From Candidatus Thorarchaeota archaeon (GTDB taxonomy: Archaea > Asgardarchaeota > Thorarchaeia > Thorarchaeales > Thorarchaeaceae): a stretch of 64,000 bases of DNA. Below are positions 1 to 8,388 of this stretch, piece by piece (position 1 is the first letter of the stretch; the number at the start of each line of letters is the position of its first letter). The DNA is taken from assembly GCA_048884965.1 (NCBI GenBank), contig JBHLQH010000007.1, forward strand, positions 93,996 through 157,995. The letters are read 5' to 3'. The position numbers and the translations under genes are program-made. Under the pieces are notes generated by a model that saw only the letters and a program-made list of their open reading frames with translations, was not told where the DNA came from and made no database searches.

Positions 1-952
1 CTAGTCCAGGAGCAATCTCATCTAACACATCATGTTGTAATACAGATAATACACTCTCTGATGAGATTGAGTCTAGCATTCTCTTTCGTACTAGAACGAT
101 TGGTCTTTTCCAAGAAATGAGTAGCTTGCGTTCAGCTTCAGATAAGATGAAGTTCCTTTCCAGAGTTTCCAAATCTCTTACCATTATCGCAAATGGTCTT
201 TGGAGTCTTTGCTTCCTTTGCCTTAGCTTTGTGATTGGATCAACACTGGACGTGATTGTTACTAGATGAGTTCCTGAAATCCCTTGGACTGCAAGCACTT
301 CCCCTTGCTTGAGATATTCAGCTGAAGTCAAGATAGGATTAGGTGTGACTACATTGTTTCCTTTTCCATCCCTCAAATGATATGTAGGACCACATATCGC
401 ACAGGCTGTAGTTTGAGCATGATATCGTCTATCCATGGGATTTGTATAACCTGTATTACATGTATCACATAATGGAAAATCCTTCATTGTAGTATTCGGT
501 CTGTCATATGGAAGATCTGTAATAGTTGAGAACCGAGGTCCACATGCAGCACAAGAAGTGAATGGGTAATCCTTCCATCGAGATGATTGACTAGAAAGAT
601 CATCCTCACAACACTCACACATTGCAATATCAGGAGGTATAACCGGCTCTGACTCTTCGCTTTTCGTGATAGATGATTTCTCGATGACGAAATCATCATA
701 CTGTCCTTGGGTATCCTCCCAATCCAACTTAAACGAGTCAATACGTGCAATTGATGGAGGATCAGTCTTCAGGATATCAAGAAACTCTTGGATAGCTTCT
801 CTTTTTCCTTCAACAACAATTCGCACACCCGCATCACCTAGGTTTAGGACATACCCTGTGAGAGAGAATTCCTTTGCGATTCTATATACAAAGGGCCTGA
901 ATCCTACTCCTTGGACTATACCATTGATCTGAATTGTAGCTCGTATATTCAA
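1..952 (-). CDS. hypF: Hydrogenase maturation carbamoyltransferase HypF (N-terminal part; runs off the window edge)
   Basis: Not in the ORF track. Manual translation from TTG at 952 gives MNIRATIQINGIVQGVGFRPFVYRIA (acylphosphatase-like domain), then zinc fingers including FPLCDTCNTGYTNPMDRRYHAQ and KGIGG. Confidence 0.93.
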   Translation of the reverse strand, partial: MNIRATIQINGIVQGVGFRPFVYRIAKEFSLTGYVLNLGDAGVRIVVEGKREAIQEFLDILKTDPPSIARIDSFKLDWEDTQGQYDDFVIEKSSITKSEESEPVIPPDIAMCECCEDDLSSQSSRWKDYPFTSCAACGPRFSTITDLPYDRPNTTMKDFPLCDTCNTGYTNPMDRRYHAQTTACAICGPTYHLRDGKGNNVVTPNPILTSAEYLKQGEVLAVQGISGTHLVTITSSVDPITKLRQRKQRLQRPFAIMVRDLETLERNFILSEAERKLLISWKRPIVLVRKRMLDSISSESVLSVLQHDVLDEIAPGL

Positions 953-1055
953 CCGGAAGGAACCTCTATATCTGGCATAATCTGTCAGAGATATTAATCC
1001 AGTGAAGTGGCAATTTCCCTTTATACATGTATTACAAGAATTACAAACTTTGTAG

Positions 1056-1508
1056 GTGCTCTTAAAGCTCTCTAAGCACTATAATATGATTGAAGTGCGG
1101 TCGACATCGGATAGGACGGGACCTATGTTCATTGAACCTGAAACAACTCCCTCCATACTAGCCAATATTCCCGAGTGCCTGAGAAGAGTTCTCAAAGAAA
1201 CCTCTGAAGCAAGCACGAAAAAGAAAAGAGCTACATTAATCTCCAGTAATAGCTTGGCAAACAGATTTATTCTGGAACGATGGGGGATTCGTCCCTCACA
1301 AAGAAGACGGTTCAAGAATCTATTTGCATCAGTGCGAAAGCAATGTAGGAACATCTTTCAACATCTACTATCCAGGGGGAGACTGGAATGGAATATCGGC
1401 ACAACTAGATTCGTGTATGGAGTTTACAAATTCGATGAGATTCGTGGAAACCTGATCTTGGGCTTTGTTGACGTTCCGCCTGAAGAGGAGTGGACTCTTC
1501 CTATCTAA
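1056..1508 (+). CDS. Hypothetical basic protein (start may be a later ATG)
   Basis: 150-aa ORF divergent from hypF, K/R-rich centre, flanked on both sides by TGTATTACA arrays. No family recognised. Confidence 0.7.
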   Translation: MLLKLSKHYNMIEVRSTSDRTGPMFIEPETTPSILANIPECLRRVLKETSEASTKKKRATLISSNSLANRFILERWGIRPSQRRRFKNLFASVRKQCRNIFQHLLSRGRLEWNIGTTRFVYGVYKFDEIRGNLILGFVDVPPEEEWTLPI

Positions 1509-1696
1509 TGAAACACACGTATTATCTGTATTACAATAGCAATAGTGAACCTTAAGAGATAGCAGATTCTACTTGTATACAATGTTGTATCCGCTCAAAC
1601 AACAATTAGAAACGTTTGTTAGACCACTCCTAGAGCAGCAAATTTCAATGTTTCTGACGATTTCAAGAAATCTTCCTAATCCAATGAGGTGCTGAA

Positions 1697-2248
1697 TTGA
1701 ACGAAAGAAAACCCGAAACGCCGAATCAGGAAATTAGATCTGCAGCACAAAAGGCAAGACGAGCTCTTCGCGAACCCATGTTGAAAATTCTATTGGAGAG
1801 GTCCCTTCTTACCGATATACAGATGGAAACTCTACTAATCGATCTTGCGATAGAAGATCAAGTAGGAGATCATATCCCTTATGAAGACAAAGCCAGCATT
1901 CGCAGAAAATCAACAAGTAAATCGTCAGGTGTTTCTCGAGGCGCATTCAACCGAAGTCTAAGTCAGGCTCGTCGGAATGTCACACGGTGCCTCTATACCA
2001 TGTTACTATTAGCATATCTGGGACTATTTGACTATACTATATTTCGTCCATTTGAAGAATTATCCTCCAAGATTGGCGGGTACCAGAATATCCGAGAAGT
2101 ACTTTCAGGTAGAGAAAATCTAACTACCGAGGATTTAGAAAGTTACAGAGCGGCAGAGCAGACAATAATGGAAGCACTTGAAGAATTGGCTTCACCTCTT
2201 ATCCTTAAGTCAGAACTCTCTCGAAAGAAGCAGAACACTGATGAATAA
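1697..2248 (+). CDS. Hypothetical protein with putative HTH (sigma-70 region 4 / Tfx-like)
   Basis: 183 aa. GAGGTG RBS upstream. The segment LTDIQMETL...GVSRGAFNRSLSQARRNV resembles an HTH recognition helix. Confidence 0.7.
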   Translation: MNERKPETPNQEIRSAAQKARRALREPMLKILLERSLLTDIQMETLLIDLAIEDQVGDHIPYEDKASIRRKSTSKSSGVSRGAFNRSLSQARRNVTRCLYTMLLLAYLGLFDYTIFRPFEELSSKIGGYQNIREVLSGRENLTTEDLESYRAAEQTIMEALEELASPLILKSELSRKKQNTDE

Positions 2249-2267
2249 TACTTGTAATACAAGTATT
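2247..2267. promoter_or_regulatory. Perfect 21-bp palindrome built on the TGTAWTACA box
   Basis: AATACTTGTA-A-TACAAGTATT, overlapping the stop codon of the 1697-2248 gene. Confidence 0.7.
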
Positions 2268-2578
2268 CTATTAGAAAAAACGGCACGAATGTGTCGTACT
2301 CATAGGCACGGGGAACTGGACAAAGACTAGGATCCAAGCCGAATCGAATCGTCGCCCTATCTTCTGGAGGTTTATTGCTATGAGGAGATAGAGATAGAAC
2401 CGAAGACTCATTTCAGTTATATTCGATACCAATCTCTGTATAGTCGTATTCCTAAGATACGACACACTCATACTTTTCAGTACAACAATGATACATAGTT
2501 CTAATCCTAGAACGAGCTGTTTTCAGATGATAAAGTGCGCAAAATCAATAATATATACATGTAATACAAGCAATACAA

Positions 2579-3883
2579 TTGAGGAAGAAGTCTTATTCCT
2601 CCTTGGATGGATATTTGTCCAAATCAAAGAGTCTTGTGATCATATTGGATGAGGAAAGTCCCTTTGAACGGATAATGAAAGCTAGTAAGAAGCACATTCA
2701 AAATTCTGAGAAAGAAGAGAACGTTCAAGCAATCACCAGTGCAATTGGCGAAAGACGCATGAGAGATCTTTTGGATAGTCTCGGAAAAACAGAAAGCTCG
2801 TTTGGATGGCCTACTGCAGTTGAATACTTGATAGAATCATCAAACAAAGAATATCCAGTTCCTGTAGGATATGAAACTTCGAGCAAACCTCTTGAGTCTC
2901 TGAAATTCAGGGAAGTGATATTCGATCTCTTCGATTGTCCTGGAATGGAACCAGTTTGTCTGGCTACGAATGCTCTACTAGAGGAGCTTTCGAACTCTGA
3001 TTCATATATCTCAGCCAAATCAAAGTTCAGGGAACTTATCCACACTGCCACTGGCGAAAGTTTGGAAAATGGTGACACTCTTTTCTTCGAAACCGAGTTT
3101 CCCTCTACACTCTACTCAGATCATGAAATATTGAAAAAGGTAGAAGCATCTCAACTGAATGCCATCAAAGAAGTTAACCTTTCGTTTCAAGATGAGAGAA
3201 TTCATCTTCGGCCTCTCTGGTACTTGGAGCATAGTAGGAAGGCCTTAGCAGAACTTGGAATTCAGGATTCTTCGATTGACCCTGAATTATTCGCTATTGT
3301 AATATCTGTATTACAAGTACCGCTTGAAATCAAGCAGCAAATCAAACAGTCATTAGGTGCTACATCTATCATGAACGAACCTGTGCAGCCTATGAATCCA
3401 GAATACCAGTATCTGTTGGAATCTATCATCAATTGCGATGTTGAAAATCTAAGGAAACTTGGAAGTCGCCATGCATTTCCGACTTTTAGCTATCTTTTGA
3501 AGACATATGCTGACAGATATAGATCATCAGAGAGTAGTACAGATTATCGGAACCTCCTATTGGCAATACGGGATCACATTTCTATCAGATGGAATGACTC
3601 TATTATTGCTATTGCAGACCTAACTCAGATTTCGGACAATCGAATAACTACAGATGCGATTAGTGCACTTGGAAACTTCTATCATGAGTCAGCAGCATCT
3701 ACATTAACAGAGATATTCTGTAAATCAACAGACAAGAGCAATCGCCGCTTGATATTGAAAACCATTGCTCATCTTGCAACAAGATGCCCGGAAACCAAGG
3801 AATCGGTTCGCCATGCACTCTCACAAGATTGCATGAACGATGGAGAACTTCGAAAGTTCTATGGGAAGACTTGGAAGATATGA
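2579..3883 (+). CDS. Hypothetical protein with C-terminal HEAT-like repeats
   Basis: 434-aa ORF. C-terminal DNRITTDAISALGNFYHESAASTLTEIF matches a HEAT/PBS-lyase pattern. Confidence 0.75.
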   Translation: MRKKSYSSLDGYLSKSKSLVIILDEESPFERIMKASKKHIQNSEKEENVQAITSAIGERRMRDLLDSLGKTESSFGWPTAVEYLIESSNKEYPVPVGYETSSKPLESLKFREVIFDLFDCPGMEPVCLATNALLEELSNSDSYISAKSKFRELIHTATGESLENGDTLFFETEFPSTLYSDHEILKKVEASQLNAIKEVNLSFQDERIHLRPLWYLEHSRKALAELGIQDSSIDPELFAIVISVLQVPLEIKQQIKQSLGATSIMNEPVQPMNPEYQYLLESIINCDVENLRKLGSRHAFPTFSYLLKTYADRYRSSESSTDYRNLLLAIRDHISIRWNDSIIAIADLTQISDNRITTDAISALGNFYHESAASTLTEIFCKSTDKSNRRLILKTIAHLATRCPETKESVRHALSQDCMNDGELRKFYGKTWKI

Positions 3884-3953
3884 TACTATACATATAATAC
3901 TTGTAATACAACCACTCGACAAACATAAATCAGGAGTCGAATTCGCACAGTAC

Positions 3954-5351
3954 ATGAATAGTCTACAGGCTGGCAAGACCGCTGATATTGATCCTTTCTT
4001 CAATCCGAAACGAGTCGCCTTGGTAGGAGCCTCTTCTGATTATAGGAAATTGGGGAATTCTATACTAATGAATCTCCTAGCATCAGAAATTGAAATCTAC
4101 CCAATTAGTAGGTCTAGCGATTATATTCTTGGAGCCAAAGTCTATCCAAGCCTGGAAGACTTGCCTGTTCCAGTAGATCTTGCAATAATAGTTGTAGCTG
4201 CTAAATATTGCTCGAGTCTAATGACCGAAGTGAAGAAAGCTGGAGCGAGTCATGCGGTTGTAATCTCAGGAGGATTCAGCGAAACAGGACCTGAAGGACT
4301 TGAGCTAGAGCAGGAACTTGTTTCTGCAGCAAACAAAGCTGATGTCAGAATCATTGGACCAAATTGCGTAGGAGTATCAAACAGTAGACTATTCAACGGG
4401 ACCTTTACCATGATGCCAGAACGCGGCAATATCGCACTACTATCCCAAAGTGGGGCACTAGGTGGAATGATTATCTATACTACTCGCGCCAAGAGGATTG
4501 GAGTAAGCAAGTTCGCAAGTATCGGCAATGCTGCTGACGTTGGATTTGTTGAGGTGCTAGATTATTTCCGGGAAGATATACGTACTAAAGTGATAGCTGT
4601 CTATGTAGAAGGTGTGGACGACGGAAGAGGATTCTTTGAGTCCCTTAGATATGCCGCAAAAGCGAAACCTACTGTTGTTCTCAAAGGTGGGCAGAGCGAG
4701 GCTGGAAGTAAAGCAACACAGAGCCATACTGGATCCCTAGCAGGATCTAGTAAGATATTCGATGGAATGGTAAAGCAAGCAGGTTGTGTGTCTGCTCCCA
4801 CCCTTGACTCACTTCTTGAGATTTGCAAGCTTTTCGATTACCAGCCACTTCCTAAGGGGCGTAATATCGGTATTATCAGTAATACAGGTGGCGCGGGAGT
4901 GTTAGCCACTGATGCAGCCTCGAGCCTAGGATTGAATATCCCCTCTCTTGGCCATGAAACAACACATGAGCTCCGGCAAGTTCTTTCTCCCATGGCATCT
5001 GTCAATAATCCCATTGATGTAGTAGCATCCGGTGGAAGGCGGGAGTATCGTGTAGCAACTGAGCTCCTTCTCAAAGATCCTTCCGTGGATATGCTTCTAG
5101 TAGTCTGTGCAGTTCCTACTTTCGCAGGGATGACCCAAACAGAACATGCTGCAGGAACTCTCGAAGGAGTTCGATCTGCTGGAACTGAGAAACCTGTAGT
5201 TGGAGTATGGCTATCGGCGGATGTTGGAAAACCTGGGAAGGATCTTCTTGAGATGAATCGAATTCCATGTTACGATGATCCTGCATTGGCAGCTCTTTGC
5301 ATGTCTAAAACTGCAGAGTATGCTTACTACTTAGATCGCAACAAATGGTGA
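3954..5351 (+). CDS. acdA: Acyl-CoA synthetase (ADP-forming), alpha subunit
   Basis: FFNPKRVALVGAS CoA-binding motif, RIIGPNCVG, SQSGALG, and phospho-His motif SHTGSLAG. Start moved to ATG 3954 after an AGGAG RBS. Confidence 0.9.
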   Translation: MNSLQAGKTADIDPFFNPKRVALVGASSDYRKLGNSILMNLLASEIEIYPISRSSDYILGAKVYPSLEDLPVPVDLAIIVVAAKYCSSLMTEVKKAGASHAVVISGGFSETGPEGLELEQELVSAANKADVRIIGPNCVGVSNSRLFNGTFTMMPERGNIALLSQSGALGGMIIYTTRAKRIGVSKFASIGNAADVGFVEVLDYFREDIRTKVIAVYVEGVDDGRGFFESLRYAAKAKPTVVLKGGQSEAGSKATQSHTGSLAGSSKIFDGMVKQAGCVSAPTLDSLLEICKLFDYQPLPKGRNIGIISNTGGAGVLATDAASSLGLNIPSLGHETTHELRQVLSPMASVNNPIDVVASGGRREYRVATELLLKDPSVDMLLVVCAVPTFAGMTQTEHAAGTLEGVRSAGTEKPVVGVWLSADVGKPGKDLLEMNRIPCYDDPALAALCMSKTAEYAYYLDRNKW

Positions 5352-5375
5352 GATGTATTATTCGTATTACAGTTA

Positions 5376-5684
5376 TCAATTAAGGAACTCATGTGCGATT
5401 GACGGGAACTCATCCACCAAGGCATCTCTAAGCTTCTTTTCAACCCATAAACTCAGATTGATAGCCTTCTCATTTCTGACTGCTTGAAGACAAGATCTCA
5501 GTTCAGTAGTTACACTAAACGACATTATAGGACTCTTTCTTTCCTTATTTGGAACTGCAACTGGAGCTGAGTCTTCTTGTGTCGATACAACCCTTGTTGC
5601 TGTTGAGGCCGCAGAACTAACTGTAGTCTTTTCTTCTTCATCACGTCGTTCTTCTTCTTTCCGGTATTTTCCTAGTAGGCTCAT
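5376..5684 (-). CDS. Small protein: basic/acidic N-terminus, Ser/Thr/Ala-rich linker, C-terminal ribbon-helix-helix (putative centromere-binding protein)
   Basis: IMSFSV (strand), TELRSCLQAVRNEK (helix), AIN turn, LSLWVEKKLRDAL (helix) fits the RHH pattern. The ATG overlaps the upstream stop (TAATG) and has a GGAGGTG RBS. Confidence 0.75.
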   Translation of the reverse strand: MSLLGKYRKEEERRDEEEKTTVSSAASTATRVVSTQEDSAPVAVPNKERKSPIMSFSVTTELRSCLQAVRNEKAINLSLWVEKKLRDALVDEFPSIAHEFLN

Positions 5685-6661
5685 TAGCCCACCTCCTTCA
5701 GGATTGATTCGTAAGCACTTGCCACAAGCGAGGCAATCTCAACATCAACATCAGGCTTGCCCGCTCTCTTGAGATTCTCTGCTGCAACTTGTTGGCATCC
5801 TCTTGCTAGCATTCGAATGTCACGAGGATTGCCTTTTGCAGCACCATTGAGTACAGCAATCGACTCTTCGTGGAATGGATAGATACTGAACTCATCAGGG
5901 TCGAATACGTCGATTTGTCCTTTCGCATAGGCAATTCTCCTACCGATGAATTCCTTCGCTTTCGCGTCGTTCAAAGGCGGGACATCCAATGGTTCTGTCC
6001 TATCTGCAATCTGCGGCAAGAATGATAGCATTGCGTTCCAGTACAAGACCGTACCAGACATTACCAGTGTTACAATGGGCTCATCAAGAGCTGTGCCACC
6101 ATATTCATCCTTCATCTCTTCAGTTGGAAGATCTGCAAGGAAACGTAGCTTGTGAAATGCAGCTTCCTGATTGTCAGCAACATCTTCAATGAACAGCGCA
6201 GTACGACTTTTTTCCTCGATGTATCTTCTCACACTCTCTTGAGCTACAGCATCAATGATTTGACTAGATTCCCATGACCTTCGATACTTGATACGCAGCG
6301 AATCTGCAATAGCAGCGCTCATCTGTTTCTCATAGAGCCCGGTCATACCGACATAGCCGGTGATGAACTTGTTCCCTCTTCTATCCGCAAGCGTGGGGAG
6401 ATCTCTAAGTGCAAGTAGCATCAATGTGCTTTTTCCGCTACCTACTGGACCTCTAAGAAAGATGTGTCTTTCATTCGTAATTATGAGATCCACGATGGAA
6501 TCTAAGAAGTCCGGATGCTCAACATAGAGTCTGCTATCAGGCATTTTGAAACCTCTGAAGGGGCTAAAGCGAGCTCCAATCTTCTCTTCCCAAGCTCTCA
6601 GGGTTTCCTTTCGCGTGTTGAAATGGCGTATCAATGCGGATTCGTGGATGGCTATGGTCAT
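5684..6661 (-). CDS. ExeA/MshM-like AAA+ ATPase
   Basis: N-terminal SPF..P..LY..H, Walker A GPVGSGKST, Walker B-like LFIEDVA, sensor-1 LVMSGT, Arg finger IADR, PPLN..EFIGRRI and sensor-2 KGNPRDI. Start set at ATG 6661 (GAGGT RBS). Confidence 0.85.
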   Translation of the reverse strand: MTIAIHESALIRHFNTRKETLRAWEEKIGARFSPFRGFKMPDSRLYVEHPDFLDSIVDLIITNERHIFLRGPVGSGKSTLMLLALRDLPTLADRRGNKFITGYVGMTGLYEKQMSAAIADSLRIKYRRSWESSQIIDAVAQESVRRYIEEKSRTALFIEDVADNQEAAFHKLRFLADLPTEEMKDEYGGTALDEPIVTLVMSGTVLYWNAMLSFLPQIADRTEPLDVPPLNDAKAKEFIGRRIAYAKGQIDVFDPDEFSIYPFHEESIAVLNGAAKGNPRDIRMLARGCQQVAAENLKRAGKPDVDVEIASLVASAYESILKEVG

Positions 6662-6671
6662 CGTCAAACCT

Positions 6672-6698
6672 CGTATCACATGTACTTATTGTAATACA
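6672..6698. promoter_or_regulatory. Triple 9-bp box directly upstream of the ATPase-RHH operon (putative autoregulatory operator)
   Basis: CGTATCACA TGTACTTAT TGTAATACA abuts the RBS of the 5684-6661 gene. Confidence 0.65.
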
Positions 6699-6839
6699 AT
6701 TATCAATTGCCTTTCACTGATAAAGGTTGTGAGAAATATATCGGACTGGCGCCATACATTTTCATACACAACCTTTTTGAACTGAAAACATTCGTGTTGG
6801 TATCGGACACTTTGTCCTAATTTCAGGAGAACCCCAATT

Positions 6840-7118
6840 ATGGATGTCAGCCGGATTCAAAGAATCTTGACCTCGCTAATGATACTCAGCTTCCTAATCT
6901 TTGGCCTATTAGCTGGAGTTATACTGATCACTGATGCACCTGTGGATAGTTCAACAGCATCACTTCCCTTCGCATTTCTTTTCATCTCAGCCATGTCTCT
7001 CATCACAACAGGACAAATCAACGAGAATCCAAAAAGAGTGGAAAAACACCTCCGAGATTGGCTACTTTTGTGTGTCATAGCTGTGGTTATCAGTGCACTG
7101 GCCTTCGGGTTTGCATAA
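6840..7118 (+). CDS. Small membrane protein (about 3 TM helices)
   Basis: 92 aa, three hydrophobic segments, AGGAG RBS. Confidence 0.75.
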   Translation: MDVSRIQRILTSLMILSFLIFGLLAGVILITDAPVDSSTASLPFAFLFISAMSLITTGQINENPKRVEKHLRDWLLLCVIAVVISALAFGFA

Positions 7119-7204
7119 TACGCATCAAAACAGTTTTAGGAACTCATTGAGTGTCTGTGCTACTGCATATCTTTGCAATAAGTTTCTCTGAAGATGTGAC
7201 CAAC

Positions 7205-7834
7205 ATGAGTAAAATTCTTGCAGGTACCAAGACTACCCGAATGGAGTTATTACGGCTCAAGAACAGAATGCGTTTAGCTGAACGTGGTCACAATCTACTG
7301 AAGGAGAAACGTGATTCCCTCATTATGGAGTTCTTCAACGCTATTTCTGAGATTAAGGAAGCAAGGCAATCCGTTGAAGGTACTCTATCTGAAGCTTTCT
7401 CAAGCCTTACCCAAGCAAAAATGGTAATGGGACCTGCTCGAGTCATTGAGTTTGCATACGCGAGCAAGGTACAGACTGACATTAGCATAGCAACACGGTC
7501 GATGATGGGTGTGAGAGTGCCTGTGATGAGCGTTGAGCAACACGTCCCAGAGCTTCCTTATTCGCTTCCCGATTCTAGCGCTCGCTTGGATACCATGAGC
7601 ATCAAATTCAGAGAAGCACTAAAATCACTTACTCGGCTTGCTGAAATCGAGTCCACTGTCAAAAGACTAGCTCTTGAAATCGAACGAACCAAGAGAAGAG
7701 TATCCGCTCTTGAAACAATCGTGATTCCACGTCTTGATGCGTCTGCTCGATTTGTTAGACTTGCGCTTGAGGAACGAGAACGAGAAGACTTCATACGCTT
7801 GAAGATGATTCGTGATCGAATGGATGTATCCTAG
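7205..7834 (+). CDS. atpD: A/V-type ATP synthase subunit D
   Basis: TRMELLRLKNRMRLAERGHNLLKEKRDSL and EIERTKRRVSALE...LEEREREDFIRLK signatures. Confidence 0.95.
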   Translation: MSKILAGTKTTRMELLRLKNRMRLAERGHNLLKEKRDSLIMEFFNAISEIKEARQSVEGTLSEAFSSLTQAKMVMGPARVIEFAYASKVQTDISIATRSMMGVRVPVMSVEQHVPELPYSLPDSSARLDTMSIKFREALKSLTRLAEIESTVKRLALEIERTKRRVSALETIVIPRLDASARFVRLALEEREREDFIRLKMIRDRMDVS

Positions 7835-7907
7835 CATTTCAATCTCAGAGGGCATATTGTTTTCCTTACGGCGGATCATAGACCTAGAGCCTCTTCGATT
7901 GAAATGC
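7834..7907. terminator. Long inverted repeat between convergent atpD and nac
   Basis: GCATTTCAATC (7834-7844) and GATTGAAATGC (7897-7907) are perfect 11-bp arms, with further inner pairing. Confidence 0.5.
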
Positions 7908-7942
7908 CAGAGAGTTGTGATACTTGTAATACAATCTCTACT

Positions 7943-8335
7943 CTAACGTTTCAGTTTGAGTATGGCGGCAGCAAGATCTCCATCAGTTTCCTTGAGAGCC
8001 TCAGTAGCCTCTTCTATACTAACGCCTGTCTGCGCAGCAACGAGAGCAGCATCTTCGACAGGAATCTCGATCTCCTTTGGTCCGGGATAGTTGTCTGCAC
8101 CATCTGCAGCTGCTTCTACAGCGGCAGTCAACCCACGTTCAGTCTTGGCGCCAGATACTTGGTATGACTCACTCCCTGCCTGCTTGATCACGCCTACCTG
8201 CGGGTTCGATATGAGCCACTCCTTGTCCTGGAAGCGGATGATCACTTCCTTGACGCCCTTCAGGTCGTTCTGCTCTATACCCATCTTCTTCATCATTCTG
8301 GCCATTTGCTTTGGAGACATACCTCGGAATCCCAT
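7943..8335 (-). CDS. nac: Nascent polypeptide-associated complex protein (archaeal NAC)
   Basis: PKQMARMMKKMGI N-terminus and C-terminal UBA-like EDAALVAAQTGVSIEEATEALKETDGDLAAAILKL. Confidence 0.95.
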   Translation of the reverse strand: MGFRGMSPKQMARMMKKMGIEQNDLKGVKEVIIRFQDKEWLISNPQVGVIKQAGSESYQVSGAKTERGLTAAVEAAADGADNYPGPKEIEIPVEDAALVAAQTGVSIEEATEALKETDGDLAAAILKLKR

Positions 8336-8388
8336 GTTGTTTCTTCCTCACCAGTCCTAGCTTGAATAGTGGATAAAACGATTATGCT

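Noticed and set aside
5684-6661. ATPase as a transposon TnsC/IstB, a type II secretion ExeA, or ParA/SegA
   Set aside because: No transposase, terminal repeats or secretion genes are adjacent. It lacks the deviant Walker A (KGGxGKT) of ParA/SegA.
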